Below are positions 19,949-31,597 of a stretch of DNA of 64,000 bases, in pieces. The first letter of the stretch is position 1. Each line of letters begins with the position of its first letter. The position numbers and the translations under genes are program-made. The stretch covers positions 1,312,001-1,376,000 of the forward strand of contig OY970343.1 in NCBI GenBank assembly GCA_963717525.1. Direction: 5' to 3'. The stretch is from an uncultured Methanoregulaceae archaeon (lineage in GTDB: Archaea > Halobacteriota > Methanomicrobia > Methanomicrobiales > Methanospirillaceae). Under the pieces are notes generated by a model. That model was not told the DNA's origin. It ran no database searches and worked only from the letters and a program-made list of their open reading frames with translations.

Positions 19949-20117
19949 ACATGCACCCCGGGTCGCGTTCTCCCGTGCCCATGCCGGTACCACCGACAGG
20001 TAAAAACGTTGCCGCGGTTTGTATATCAAGGTTATTCAAAAACCGGGAAAAATACGGGAAAAATGAATAGATACAGGTAATCGCGCGGATGTGTGCACCC
20101 GGTTTCCCTTTTCACCT

Positions 20118-20258
20118 TCACGCGTACTTCGCGGGGTCGGCATCGAATTTCTTCTTGCAGCCCGGGGCGCAGAAATAGTATTTCTTCCCCTTGTACTCGC
20201 TCGTGAACTTCGCCGTCTTTTCATCGACGGTCATTCCGCAGATCGGGTCGATCGCCAT
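20118..20258 (-). CDS. YHS/TRASH domain protein (46 aa)
   Basis: MAIDPICGMTV...YYFCAPGCKKKFDADP, directly downstream of copA. Confidence 0.9.
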   Translation of the reverse strand: MAIDPICGMTVDEKTAKFTSEYKGKKYYFCAPGCKKKFDADPAKYA

Positions 20259-20264
20259 AGTTCT

Positions 20265-22703
20265 TCACCTAGGATCCTTCTTTTTTGCTTCCGGTATATA
20301 CCCTTTGAGAAGGAGCGAAAGGGTCACAACGGTGACGGAACTGGCGGCCATCGCAAGGGCGGCGAGCTCGGGGCGGAACATATAGCCAAAGAACGGGTAG
20401 AGGACGCCGGCACCCACCGGGATAAGGGCTGCGTTGTAGGCAAAGGCCCAGAAGATGTTCATCCGTATCCTCCCCATCACTTTTTTAGAGAGTTCTATCG
20501 CCGCAACCGCATCAAGAAGATCATCCCGCACAAGGACGATCTCCCCGCTCTCGATGGCGACGTCGGTCCCGCTGCCGATTGCTATCCCGACATCAGCCTG
20601 CGCAAGCGCCGGGGCGTCGTTGATCCCGTCGCCGACAAATGCCACGACCTCCCCTTTCCCCTGCAGGGCTTTTACTTCCGCCGCCTTCTGGTCCGGAAGG
20701 ACTTCGGCGACCACCCGGTCAATTCCGAGCGTCCGTGCGATGGCCTCTGCCGTCCTCCTGTTGTCGCCGGTCACCATGACGGTGGCAATCCCGTGGCCCT
20801 TAAAGCGGCGGACTGCTTCCGCGCTTGTCTCTTTGACGGTATCTGCGATCGCGATCACCCCGGCAAGCCCGCCTCCCGAAGCAACCAGGACAACAGTCTT
20901 CCCGTCCTGCTCGAAGGCGCCGATCCGGGCATCGAGGCCGGCCGGGAGCGCGACGCCGTGGTCCTGCATGAGCGCACGGTTTCCCACGAGAACCTGCTCG
21001 CCCAGCACCTCCGCGACGACACCCTTGCCCGCGAGGGTATCAAACTTTTCTGCCGTTTCAGGAATAACATGCCTTTTTTCTGCGGCCCGGACAACGGCCT
21101 GCGCCAGCGGGTGGGCGGAATTCTTCTCAACGGCCGCGGCAAGGGCAAGGAGCGTCTCTTCCGTGACGCCGGCGGCAACGAGATCGGTCACCTCCGGTCT
21201 CCCCTTCGTGAGCGTACCGGTCTTGTCGAAGATCACGGTCGTCACCTTCTCCGCGGTCTCCAGCGCCTCGCCGTTCCGTACCAGGATCCCCAGTTCCGCC
21301 CCCCGGCCGACTCCCACGGTCACCGCCGTTGGCGTGGCAAGGCCAAGCGCACACGGGCAGGCGATCACGAGAACCGATATAAGGGCCGTGAGTGCAAGGA
21401 GGAGCGTTGCGTTGAGCACGAAATACCACACGATGAAGGCCGACGCGGCGATGATGAGAACCGCCGGGATAAAGTACGTGACCGCCACGTCAGCGATGCG
21501 CTGCACAGGCGGTTTTGACCCCTGTGCCTCCTCCACGAGCCGGATGATCTGCGCAAGCACTGTGTCCCGGCCGATCTTTGCAGCCTTCACCGAGAGGACG
21601 CCATTTGTGCTGATCGTCCCCCCCACCACCCGGCTCCCCTTCGCCTTCAGGGGCGGGACCGGTTCGCCGGTGATCATCGCCTCGTCCACGTAGCTCTCGC
21701 CCGCCACCACCTCCCCATCGACCGGGATCCTGCTGCCGGGCTTAACCACGACAATATCACCGACCGCAAGATCCCCGACCGCCACCTCGACCTCCTTTCC
21801 CCCGCGGATGACGGTCGCGGTCTTTGCCTGCAGGCCGGCCAGTTTCTTTATCGCGTCCGAGGTCCTGCCCTTTGCCCGGGCCTCAAGATACCGGCCAAGC
21901 ATCAAAAACGCCGCGAGCATGATCGCGGTGTCGTAGAACATGTACTCGCTGGTGAGCACGACCGAGAACGTGCCCATCACGCTTGCGACAAACGCGACGC
22001 CGGTGCCCATCGCGTACATGACATCCATGGAGAGTGTTTTGTTCCTGAGCGACCCCCATGCTGCCCGGAATATGGGGTAGGCGACCCAGGCGAAGACCGG
22101 CGTGGAGACCACGAGCATCCCGTAGGCGAGCTCCTGCATGGGGATCCCGAGCGGCACCCACATAAGGACCATGAGCGGAATGCTGACCGCAAAACCGATG
22201 GAAAACCGCATCAGCTTGTCGTGGAGGTCGGCCTCCCGGGCGGCCTTTTCCACCTCATCGCTCATCTCCCCGGCGATGCCGAGATACTGGTACCCTGCGT
22301 CCCCGATCGCCCGCTTCATGTCCGCGACCGCCGAGAGGGATGGGTTGTAGGTGACGTAGGCCTGCTCGTTTCCGAGGTTGACGTTCGCGCTCACGACCCC
22401 GGGCAGCGCCCGGAGCGCGGCCTCGATGGTCTGGACACAGGTGGCGCACATCATGCCGCCGACCCGGATCACCACCTCCCGGTTGGCCACTTCGTAACCT
22501 GCGCCGCGCACTGCCTGTTCGAGATCCCTGATGGATACCTTTGACGGATCGAACTCCACCCGGGCGGTGTCGGTCCCGAAATTCACCTGGGCCTTTGAAA
22601 CGTCTTTTACGTTTGAAAGCGCTTCTTCCACCGTGGCCGCACAGGTGGCGCAGTGCATCCCGGTAATTCTGAGTTCCGCGTTTTTCTTCTCCGGTTCCGG
22701 CAC
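20265..22703 (-). CDS. copA: Cu(I)-translocating P1B-type ATPase
   Basis: Two CATC HMA domains, TGE, CPC, DKTGT, HP, GDGIND. Confidence 0.96.
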   Translation of the reverse strand: MPEPEKKNAELRITGMHCATCAATVEEALSNVKDVSKAQVNFGTDTARVEFDPSKVSIRDLEQAVRGAGYEVANREVVIRVGGMMCATCVQTIEAALRALPGVVSANVNLGNEQAYVTYNPSLSAVADMKRAIGDAGYQYLGIAGEMSDEVEKAAREADLHDKLMRFSIGFAVSIPLMVLMWVPLGIPMQELAYGMLVVSTPVFAWVAYPIFRAAWGSLRNKTLSMDVMYAMGTGVAFVASVMGTFSVVLTSEYMFYDTAIMLAAFLMLGRYLEARAKGRTSDAIKKLAGLQAKTATVIRGGKEVEVAVGDLAVGDIVVVKPGSRIPVDGEVVAGESYVDEAMITGEPVPPLKAKGSRVVGGTISTNGVLSVKAAKIGRDTVLAQIIRLVEEAQGSKPPVQRIADVAVTYFIPAVLIIAASAFIVWYFVLNATLLLALTALISVLVIACPCALGLATPTAVTVGVGRGAELGILVRNGEALETAEKVTTVIFDKTGTLTKGRPEVTDLVAAGVTEETLLALAAAVEKNSAHPLAQAVVRAAEKRHVIPETAEKFDTLAGKGVVAEVLGEQVLVGNRALMQDHGVALPAGLDARIGAFEQDGKTVVLVASGGGLAGVIAIADTVKETSAEAVRRFKGHGIATVMVTGDNRRTAEAIARTLGIDRVVAEVLPDQKAAEVKALQGKGEVVAFVGDGINDAPALAQADVGIAIGSGTDVAIESGEIVLVRDDLLDAVAAIELSKKVMGRIRMNIFWAFAYNAALIPVGAGVLYPFFGYMFRPELAALAMAASSVTVVTLSLLLKGYIPEAKKKDPR

Positions 22704-22853
22704 AGGTCAACCCCCCCGCACAGCGGGTTTCCTCCCCTGCATCTCTCTTTTTGTGTCCATATAACGGTTATGAAGAGGACACCAGGGAACATGTGGAATA
22801 TTTATTGCGCGGCACGCTAACATGCAGGACTGAGTACGGATACTGGAGATACC

Positions 22854-23078
22854 ATGAAGGTGACCATCGACCGGATGCAGTGCGTGAGCTGTGGTTCGTG
22901 CTGGGACTCGTGCCCGGCGCTCTTTGTGCAGAATGAAAAGGACTCATTTTCCCAGATTGTTCCCGAGTACCAGGAGAAAGGAGATCTGGCGGCAAGCATC
23001 GAGCTTCCCGAAAGCATCACCTGCGCACGCGATGCTGCCGATCTCTGTCCTGCGTCGATCATCACGATACTCGAGTAA
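22854..23078 (+). CDS. Single-cluster ferredoxin
   Basis: CVSCGSC...CP...CP. Confidence 0.88.
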   Translation: MKVTIDRMQCVSCGSCWDSCPALFVQNEKDSFSQIVPEYQEKGDLAASIELPESITCARDAADLCPASIITILE

Positions 23079-23122
23079 TACCAGGGGCACCCGGGACATT
23101 CACAAGGAGAGACACAGGATAT

Positions 23123-24769
23123 ATGAGCCACCAGGACGCCATTCTCGAAGCAATCCGGTTTTCCGCGGATTGCCTGCTCAAAGAACCGCTCCATGGCTCG
23201 ATCTGGACAAACGAGGTCCTGGCTGTCCTCGGGCACCTGGGGCATGCAACCGGCGCAGTCCGTGTCTGTGTATTCCAGGACCAGCCCTGTCCCCATCATG
23301 ACGAAAAATTTTGTATCAGCCTGAAATCCGAGTGGGCACGTCCTTTGGCCCAGCCCTGGACAGGTTCCCCTGCCGCACATACCATCCCGTTCAGCCGGTT
23401 GTACCCGGAGGCGTTCTGTGATCTTTTGGATGGCAGGCCGGCCTGCCTGGCGGCTGGCAGGCCGCCCCTCCTGTTCGGCAGGCAGACCGGAAAAACCCGC
23501 CACTCTCCCGTAGTGAACATTCCCATACTGGTGGACAACCGCTTGTGGGGGCTCCTTTCCCTCGAACAGGACCGAAAAGACCAGGCCTGGCCGGAGATCG
23601 AGATCGATGCCCTCAGGACGATCGCGGATATCCTTGGTTCAGCGATCCATCACCAGATGATGGTCGAGTTCTATCAGGCACCGGTAGAACGTTCCATCGT
23701 CGGGATCTTCCTGCTGCAGGACCAGCGCATAATGTTTCTCAACCCCCGGTTTGCCAGGATATTCGGGTATGTACGGGACGATCTCACCAACAGACCATTC
23801 CTGGAACAGCTCGTCGCACCGGAAGACCGGGACCTTGTCAGGGGGCATTTGTTGCAGAAAAAAGATGACCCTGATAAGCCCGGGTATTTCACCTTCCATG
23901 GCATAAAAAAGGACGGGACGCGGATCATCCTTGAACTCTCCTGCATGCGGGGGGCCTTCCGGGAACAGCCGGCAATTATTGGTACCGTCATGGATATTAC
24001 GAAAAGAACGCAGGCCGAAGCGGCCCTGGTTACCGGGTATGTGGGAACGGTTGTGGATATCGATAACCGTAAAGAATACGAAAAGACACTTAAGGCATCG
24101 CTCGACGAAAAATCCATCCTGATCATGGAGATCCACCACCGGGTGAAGAACAACCTCCAGATCATCTCCGGGATGATCCGGCTCCAGGCACGGCAGATCA
24201 CCAACAAGCAGGCACTGGATGCACTCCACGAATGCGAGACACGGGTGATCACCATGGCACTCGTGCACGAAAGCCTGTACCAGTCAGATAACCTGGCAAA
24301 TATCAACGCACGACGACATATCACCAACCTTGCCAATACCCTTGTGATGTCGGATGACCACGAAGCACATATCGATCTGGATCTCGACGTGGAGGATATG
24401 ACCCTGGATGTAAATATGGCCATCCCTGCCAGCCTCATCATCAACGAACTGGTGATAAATGCCCTCAAACACGCGTTTGTGGGACGCACCCACGGGAGGA
24501 TCCGGATCAGCCTCCACCATGAATCAGGTACGATACTCTCGCTCATGGTCAGCGACGATGGAGCAGGTTTGCCACCGGGCATGAATATTGCCGAGACCAA
24601 AAGCCTTGGGCTCAAGCTGGTCACGAGGCTGGTACGGGATCAGCTCAAGGGAGATGTGACAATCCGGTCGGACAAGGGCACGTCGTTCCTGATGCGGTTC
24701 CCGGAGGTAACGGCTGCACCCGCAGCGGTCCAGAAGAGCGCAGGACCTGGTGAGCACAATGCCGGATAA
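23123..24769 (+). CDS. GAF-PAS histidine kinase (HisKA_2)
   Basis: EIHHRVKNNLQ, NELVINALKHAF, DDGAG, SLGL. Confidence 0.92.
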   Translation: MSHQDAILEAIRFSADCLLKEPLHGSIWTNEVLAVLGHLGHATGAVRVCVFQDQPCPHHDEKFCISLKSEWARPLAQPWTGSPAAHTIPFSRLYPEAFCDLLDGRPACLAAGRPPLLFGRQTGKTRHSPVVNIPILVDNRLWGLLSLEQDRKDQAWPEIEIDALRTIADILGSAIHHQMMVEFYQAPVERSIVGIFLLQDQRIMFLNPRFARIFGYVRDDLTNRPFLEQLVAPEDRDLVRGHLLQKKDDPDKPGYFTFHGIKKDGTRIILELSCMRGAFREQPAIIGTVMDITKRTQAEAALVTGYVGTVVDIDNRKEYEKTLKASLDEKSILIMEIHHRVKNNLQIISGMIRLQARQITNKQALDALHECETRVITMALVHESLYQSDNLANINARRHITNLANTLVMSDDHEAHIDLDLDVEDMTLDVNMAIPASLIINELVINALKHAFVGRTHGRIRISLHHESGTILSLMVSDDGAGLPPGMNIAETKSLGLKLVTRLVRDQLKGDVTIRSDKGTSFLMRFPEVTAAPAAVQKSAGPGEHNAG

Positions 24770-25743
24770 ACGGATTCTGATTGTTGAAGATGAGACCATC
24801 GTGGCAATGACGATCGAGGACGCCCTCCAGGAGATGGGATACTCCGTCGTTGGCACGGTCTCTACGGCAGAGGATGCCATAAAAATGGCCGGAGATGCCC
24901 GTCCCGACCTGATCCTGATGGATATCAGGATCCAGGGTGAAAAAGACGGGATTGCCGCCGCAGAGGAGATCACGGCGCAGTACCACATCCCGATCATCTA
25001 CCTCACGGCGCACGCGGATGAGAAGACCTTCAAACGGGCGATGAAAACCCAGCCATACGGCTATCTCATCAAGCCGTTCCGGGACCGGGAACTCCATTCC
25101 ACGATCGAGATAGCCCTGTACAAGCACCGGCTGCTGCAGCAGAGGGATGAGACTGAGCAGGTTGCAGCAGATGAGGGATCTTCCCCGGTCACTGCCCCGG
25201 TCCCGGACGAAAGACTGCACTATCCCCGGGCAATTGAGAAAAAGATCCTTGATATGATCGATCTCCCGGTCTTTGCTCTCAACCGGGAGATGCACCTTGT
25301 GTATTTCAATACCGCGCTCGAACGGCTCTTCGAAAAGTTGGGCTATCTCACCTCACGAAGAGACCAGTCTATCTTTGAGGTTGCATCCCTTTCATTTCTG
25401 GGTAACCCCCGGGATTACCGGGCGGTTCTTGAGTCCCGGCGGATGAAGCAGTCAGAAAAGACGATCATCGTTGATGATCGCCGGGCGACCTATTCCGTGA
25501 TTCGTATGCCCATCATCGAGGGAGACACGGCCCGTTACGTAGCGGTGATCCTCCGCGACGTGTCACGTGAGCTGGGCAGCGAACAGAAACTTGGCGAGAT
25601 ACAGGAGAGCTGACGAGAAAATGCTCGCGCAGCTGGCGGAGATTACCCGGATTACCGGCGATGACAAGGATCCAAAAATGCAGAAGATTGCGGGGATCAT
25701 CAGCGAGATCGTCATCACTATGGCAAAGATGAATCCCCGGTAG
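24759..25743 (+). CDS. Response regulator REC-PAS; probable frameshift at ~25611
   Basis: VEDE, MDI, YLTA, KPF. Stop at 25613, but coding-like EKMLAQLAEI...MNPR continues to 25743 in another frame. Confidence 0.85.
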
Positions 25744-25825
25744 CCCACGGGCACGTAAGCGGGGCCGGGAGTCATAAAAACGGTACGACCGGTGCCGGGT
25801 AAGCCCGGCCATCGGGTTGCGGGAC

Positions 25826-26161
25826 TTATTCCCGTATCATCGTGAGGATCATCTTAAAGCGTTCGTGCGCGAAGACCGCGTGCGGCTTGTCCGCCGGCAG
25901 GATTATCATCTCCCCGGCTCCGACCGTAAACGGTGTTCCCGCGATCTGTACCTCAGCCGTGCCATCGGTCACCATGAGCACCGCATCGTAAGGAGCGGTG
26001 TGTTCGGAGAGTCCTTCTCCGGCATCAAAGGAAAAACCGGTGATCGTGCCGGCTTTTTTAAAAACGATCATCCGGCTCGCTACCGTGCCGGGCTGGTACT
26101 CGACAAGGTTGTTGGCACAAAGGACTTTTTCTTTGAGGTCTTCTCGTCCGCTCCCGGTCAT
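25826..26161 (-). CDS. Cupin domain protein
   Basis: FDAGEGLSEHTAP...PADKPHAV. Confidence 0.88.
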   Translation of the reverse strand: MTGSGREDLKEKVLCANNLVEYQPGTVASRMIVFKKAGTITGFSFDAGEGLSEHTAPYDAVLMVTDGTAEVQIAGTPFTVGAGEMIILPADKPHAVFAHERFKMILTMIRE

Positions 26162-26363
26162 GACAGGTCCCTGCACAGGGTATTTTCCTGCACCCTGATA
26201 TCAGTGCCGGTCCTTGAGTAAGGTCTTGTGTTTGCTGATCCTCTATCGCGTGCAAAAAAGATCCGGGGACTTCAGGCACCCGGAGAGAAAAAGAACGCAC
26301 TATCCCGTACTGGTCATGATCTGCGGGCCACCACAAAATAAAAGGGAGCACCTGCCCCAGGGG

Positions 26364-26612
26364 TTAGAGGGACGCAGGTGGATTCACGATGGCCCGGGGA
26401 GCCCGGATCTCCCGTATGATCAGGTAGAGGAGATCGGTGAGGTACCCGAAGAAGGGGAGGATCCCCAATATGGTCCAGACGGGTGCGAGCATCTTCTGTT
26501 CTTTTGCGTCCCGGTAGATCAGGAACACGAGGAGTAGCTGGATGACCCAGAGCCCGATCATCATGATCGGCCCGGCAAACGAATGCGTGTGATACATCAT
26601 GTACGGTGGCAT
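26364..26612 (-). CDS. Small membrane protein
   Basis: Hydrophobic helices, YRDA motif. Confidence 0.7.
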   Translation of the reverse strand: MPPYMMYHTHSFAGPIMMIGLWVIQLLLVFLIYRDAKEQKMLAPVWTILGILPFFGYLTDLLYLIIREIRAPRAIVNPPASL

Positions 26613-26812
26613 TGTAAAGTATACGTTACCTGATATTATATGTTTTCAGGTGCTGACAGCGTATAGAATTTTTTAGTATCGGGCGGATTCTTTGTTTTGA
26701 AGCACTATACACGTTTTTTTGCATGCTCTCTTCCCCCCGGACCGGGTAACTACGACTCCTGCCACAATTGTTTTCCCTGTACAAGGACACAGGAGGTATG
26801 AGGAAAGGAAAC

Positions 26813-27421
26813 ATGATAGACTGGAAAAAAATCCCACATCTCCCCGTGATACTGATCATCATCGTGCTCCTTTCGGCCGGATGTACCGGCAACCTGCCTG
26901 CTGGAAATATCACGGGGCAGCCGGCCGTCTCCCCGGTCGCCATCACCACGAGCCCGGCACTACCCCCCGTTACTGAGGTCCCCACCTCTCTGACCCTGCC
27001 TCCGGCGACAACTCCGGAGGTTACTACTCCGGTAACCATACCGGTCGCCACGCTGACCACAAAACCCATACCTCCTCCCACGATATCATCTATCTACATC
27101 GACGGTGCCAGTGTTTACGTCTACCCGCTCTCCTTTGACAGCACAGGTTTTCCCACGAAAGGAAATATCACCGTATCCGGAGTGATCGAGTCCCTCTCCT
27201 TCTATCCCTTAAAAGTCGTTATGAGAGCACAGGTATATGATCCCTTATCCCCGGATGTTCCGAAAGCCACGGCTTTCGATACGGTAACAATCACCCCTCA
27301 CGGTGTTTCGGGTTTTAATCTCGAGATGGATGACTTTGTTTTTAACACCCGGCCTGATTATGCGACACTCCAGGACACCTATAACCTGACGGTTATGAAT
27401 GTCTCGGTGGCATCACCATAA
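26813..27421 (+). CDS. Secreted/lipoprotein-like protein with P/T-rich linker
   Basis: LSAGC lipobox-like motif, P/T linker, beta-rich C-terminal domain. Confidence 0.75.
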   Translation: MIDWKKIPHLPVILIIIVLLSAGCTGNLPAGNITGQPAVSPVAITTSPALPPVTEVPTSLTLPPATTPEVTTPVTIPVATLTTKPIPPPTISSIYIDGASVYVYPLSFDSTGFPTKGNITVSGVIESLSFYPLKVVMRAQVYDPLSPDVPKATAFDTVTITPHGVSGFNLEMDDFVFNTRPDYATLQDTYNLTVMNVSVASP

Positions 27422-27570
27422 ACGGGGGAAAAGATCCCCCGGGATGAATACCGGTTTTTCCCGGTGACTTCTATCCCTGGCTGAAGGGAGGAATATACCC
27501 CACAAAGGGAACGGGGGCGATATTCCAAAAGTGCCGGTCTCATCACCGGTGATCGTCTGAACTGGACCCC

Positions 27571-28374
27571 TCACAGTACCTGCGAGGAGATCATCAGCAG
27601 GGCCATGCAGATGAGCAGTACCCCGAAGATACGCCGGACCTGGAGCTCGTTTGTGCGGGTAGCGACAACTGTACCAAGACATGCCCCGAGTGCCGCACCG
27701 ATACCATAGACAATCAGAAAAGGCAGGGAGATCTGGCCGAGCGCGGCATACGAGATTGAACCGGCAAGTGCGAGGGCAATGATGGTGAACATGGACGTCG
27801 CAATCGCGTAGTGCATGGGAACCCCGATGGTGGCAAGTGCAGGTACAAAAATAGTTCCGCCGCTCGTTCCGGTGAGGCCCCCCAGAAGGCCGCCAACCGC
27901 ACCCCACACGAGGAGATGCGAGTACGGGACGAGGGTGACCGGCTGGGTCTCGTGTGAAGGGACGGTTGCCGAGAGCATGAACGAGGGGCCAAACCGGATC
28001 TCCGGGAAGAACCGGAATGCCGGGATCAGCATCTCGAATGAGATCAGGAATAGGACGACCGAGAAGATCCCCACAAGGATACGGGCGTCGACATAATGGG
28101 TGATGACCGAGCCGATGACAGAGAAGAGAACCGATGGCGGGATCATGATAAGGGCAATTTTATACAGTATTTTGCCCTGACGGTGATACCAGAACGAAGC
28201 AGTGAACGATGTGAAGACTATCACGGCAAGGCTTGTGCCCATCGCCGTTTTGACATCAAGGTTGAAGAGGAAGTTGAGTGTCGGTACGAATAAGAAACCG
28301 CCACCGAGGCCTATGACCGCAGATACAATGCCACAGCCCAGCGCGATAATAAATGCGACAAGGTATTCAAACAC
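27571..28374 (-). CDS. Sulfite exporter TauE/SafE family protein
   Basis: GLGGGFLFVP, AMGTSL, GTSGGTIFVP, AIATS. Confidence 0.9.
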   Translation of the reverse strand: MFEYLVAFIIALGCGIVSAVIGLGGGFLFVPTLNFLFNLDVKTAMGTSLAVIVFTSFTASFWYHRQGKILYKIALIMIPPSVLFSVIGSVITHYVDARILVGIFSVVLFLISFEMLIPAFRFFPEIRFGPSFMLSATVPSHETQPVTLVPYSHLLVWGAVGGLLGGLTGTSGGTIFVPALATIGVPMHYAIATSMFTIIALALAGSISYAALGQISLPFLIVYGIGAALGACLGTVVATRTNELQVRRIFGVLLICMALLMISSQVL

Positions 28375-28567
28375 CGGAAATCCCTCTGAAGGGATATGAA
28401 CGCACTACTATAATATTCCCGGGTTTTACAGGCTCCGGATAAAATCCATAAAAAACCGGTTACTTCACATGACAGGGAATAATTCCTGTTTGCCATACCA
28501 TCGTAAAAATCCATATTTTTCCGGATTTTCAAAAAAACATCCGGTTACCCTGCCAGCACTCACCCTC

Positions 28568-29778
28568 TTATCTCAGTTCTTTAATCCGTACCATCGCGAT
28601 GATGCCGGCAACCGAAGGCAGTGCGGTACTTGCGAGCGCTCCCTGCCAGCCGATCACCGGCACGAGGCTTTCGGTGACCAGAGGGGCCGAAAGGGCGGCA
28701 AGCCCGACCATCAGGTTCAGGATGCCGGATGCAGGCCCGGCATGTTCCGGGCCGACAATCTCCCGGGGCGAGGCAAAGACCGCTGCCGGCGCCAACCCCC
28801 ACACGATCCCGAGCACGATAAAAAAGAGTGCCCAGGGCAGGAGACCCGGACCAAGGAAGAACATCACCGGGCAGAAGAGGAGCCCCGCCGCCATAGACAC
28901 GAGGATAAAGGTTCTCCGGGTGCCGGACCTGTCCGACACTATCCCGGTGACCGGGGCTGCCCAGATGATCATCGAGACAGGGAGGATCGCAAGCGCTGAC
29001 GCCGTGAACAGGTTGAACCCCAGGACCGTCGTGAAATAGGCGGGTGCAAGCGAGGTTACCCCAAGCAGGTAGTAGTTGAGCGCGAACCATGCGACCGCGA
29101 CGAGCCACACCCCGCGGTCGAGAAACGCGGACACGATGCAGTCGTGGGAGAGGCAGACTGACCGTTCTTCAGCAAAATACCCGTTGGGCCGCGATCCGTC
29201 GTCAGCGGGTTGTTTTGTGAGGAGCGCCCATATGACAAGGGACGCGATCGCAAAAAGGAGAGAGAACCAGAGGACCGATATCCAGCCGTACGAAGCAATG
29301 AGGACCGGGGCGAGCACGAAGATGAGCAGCCCCGAGACGGGGAGTGTTATCGACCAGATACCTGTTGCAAGGCCCATCTCATCCTTGCGGAACCAGACAG
29401 AGAGGGCACCCACCGGCCACGTGAATGCCATCCCAAAGCCCAGCCCCGCGATGAACCGGCCGACGAAGATCCCCCAGAACGTCGGGAACCCCATGGTGAC
29501 AAGAGCGCCAAGCGTGATCGTTCCGAGGCAGGCGATCCCCGCATTTTTCCAGCCGAGCCGGGGGAAAGGATTGCAAACGGGATCGCCATGACCGAGATCC
29601 CGATACCAAAACTGGTCATTGCGGCGAACCCGATACCGGAGAGGGATACGCCCAGAAAAGCGGTCAGGGAGGGGAAGAGCGGCGGCATTACAAAGAGTGC
29701 GATCGGCCCGACCATGCCTGCGACGAATGCGGCAAAGAGGATTGCCCAACGATACCGGTAATTCCCGTTCTCCGTCAC
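28568..29778 (-). CDS. MFS transporter, frameshift near 29560
   Basis: N-terminus YRYRWAIL in one frame; RLGWK...GRFIAGLG...SDRSGTRR in another. Confidence 0.8.
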
Positions 29779-30036
29779 AGGTACACCCCGTAATGCAAGA
29801 CCATGGTCATTGGGAATATTTGGCAGTTTCGCCGATCCGGGTCACTTCCCGGGACAGGAGATAATTCCTGTCCATCATACCATCGTGAAAATCCATGGTT
29901 GCCCGGATTGTCTCCACGAAGATCCAGCCTGTTACCCAAACTGCCTGAGTGAAACCGGGTTAATGCCTGTCGCTCACCGGATGCGGCGAAACCGGATTAC
30001 ACCTATCGGAACCTTACCGGCACCGGAAAGCTGGTG

Positions 30037-31597
30037 TTATTTTCTCCGTAAAGTAACCAATGCGATAAAAAGGACCAGAGGCGGGATAAGGATGACAGAT
30101 GTTTCACTCGGCGTCAGGGATGTTATGGATATGACGCTGGACGTTGTGGGAGCGACGGTCACTTTCTGTGGCGCAACGGAGACCAGCGCGAACATGGAAA
30201 GTCCCCCGGGCGATTCACCGGTAAAGACCATATTGAAAGAGTTATCCAGACCGGAAAATTTTGTATCGAGCAGCTGCAGATGTCCCGTCATCTGCCAGCC
30301 GGAAGATCTTCACACCGGAGATCCCTCCGTGGTTCAGGACCCATGACGGCGCAATGTCCATAGTAACAACCGATTGGCCAATATAGGCCTTATCTCCAAG
30401 GTCCGTCTTTTCCACCTGCGCGGTATAGGCGACAGCATCCAACCGGTATCCCTTGTCATTGACGGTACTTTCCATTAGGGTCATAGTATGGGTATCCGGT
30501 TGTTCGAAAAGAGAGAACCCGATTGCGGCATCACCAGGAGGCATATTGTTCATTTCGGAATGGAATGTTGCAGAAACCAGACCTTTTCCGGCAAACTGCG
30601 CGGTAACGGGATAACTTTGCATTGAAATTGATGTGATTCCTGCAGAAATTTGTCCGTTATTCACTACCGGGGCCGATTGCGTTGTAACGGTGATGACCAC
30701 CGGACCCTTCTCCAACGATATGGCATTATTTTGTTGTGAGATTTTCTCTCCTGAACGTTGGGCTTCCTGCACGTTGATGGTAATCTGATTGCTGTTACCA
30801 GCAGAACTGACTGTTGAACCCTGGACACCTACCGCAACAAAATAGGATCCCCCGTTTTGAGTTCCTGTCTGAGCCTGTCCCCGATTCCCGCCGGAGTAGC
30901 CTCCCTGGTTGTTACCTCCTTGGTTGTTGCCTCCCTGGTTGTTGCCTCCCTGGTTGTTGCCTCCCTGGTTGTTGCCTCCCTGGTTGTTGCCTCCCTGGTT
31001 GTTGCCTCCCTGGTTGTTACCGCCCTGATTGTTGCCTCCCTGATTGTTGCCTCCCTGATTGTTGCCTCCCTGATTGTTGCCTCCCTGATTGTTGCCTCCC
31101 TGATTGTTGCCTCCCTGATTGTTGCCTCCCTGATTGTTGCCTCCCTGATTGTTGCCTCCCTGATTGTTGCCTCCCTGATTGTTACCGCCTCCGTGGCCAC
31201 CACCTCCGGACCCACCACCTCCGGACCCACCACCTCCGGACCCACCACCTCCGGACCCACCACCTCCGGACCCGCCACCTCCGGACCCACCACCTCCGGA
31301 CCCACCACCTCCGGATCCACCGCCCCCGGATCCGCCGCCGCCATGGCCACCACCTCCGTGGCCACCGCCACCACGTGCCAATAAATCCGTGGTGGATGCA
31401 GAAGAATCAGGAACAGCCATCGGGAACTGGGATACCGCGTCTCCAAAACGGATATCCGGTGTTCCTGCTCTTACTGAACCCATCGGTGAGAACGATGACG
31501 TAAGCACTCCACCATGTGCCGTCATCTGCATGGCACTCAGAACAACAATGAACACCAGAATTTTTCTGATGTTTGTGTACAGATTGGATCCAGACAT
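30037..31597 (-). CDS. Cell-surface protein with Gly-rich repeats and C-terminal membrane anchor; frameshift near 30278
   Basis: Signal peptide, repeats, surface domain (FRLADDG...LLDT...[10 protein letters not shown]), Thr-rich linker, TM helix plus RRK. Confidence 0.8.
30901..31375 (-). repeat. 15-bp coding tandem arrays: (GGGGH)2(GGGGS)9 GGGGH then (GGNNQ)19
   Basis: Units counted directly from the sequence. Confidence 0.95.

Noticed and set aside
20091..21693. Long antisense ORFs over copA (likewise over the MFS, PiT, gatE and argH genes)
   Set aside because: Shadow ORFs expected from GC-rich codon usage opposite well-supported genes.
30901..31375. CRISPR array
   Set aside because: Contiguous 15-bp units with no spacers, in frame within a protein; no cas genes in the window.
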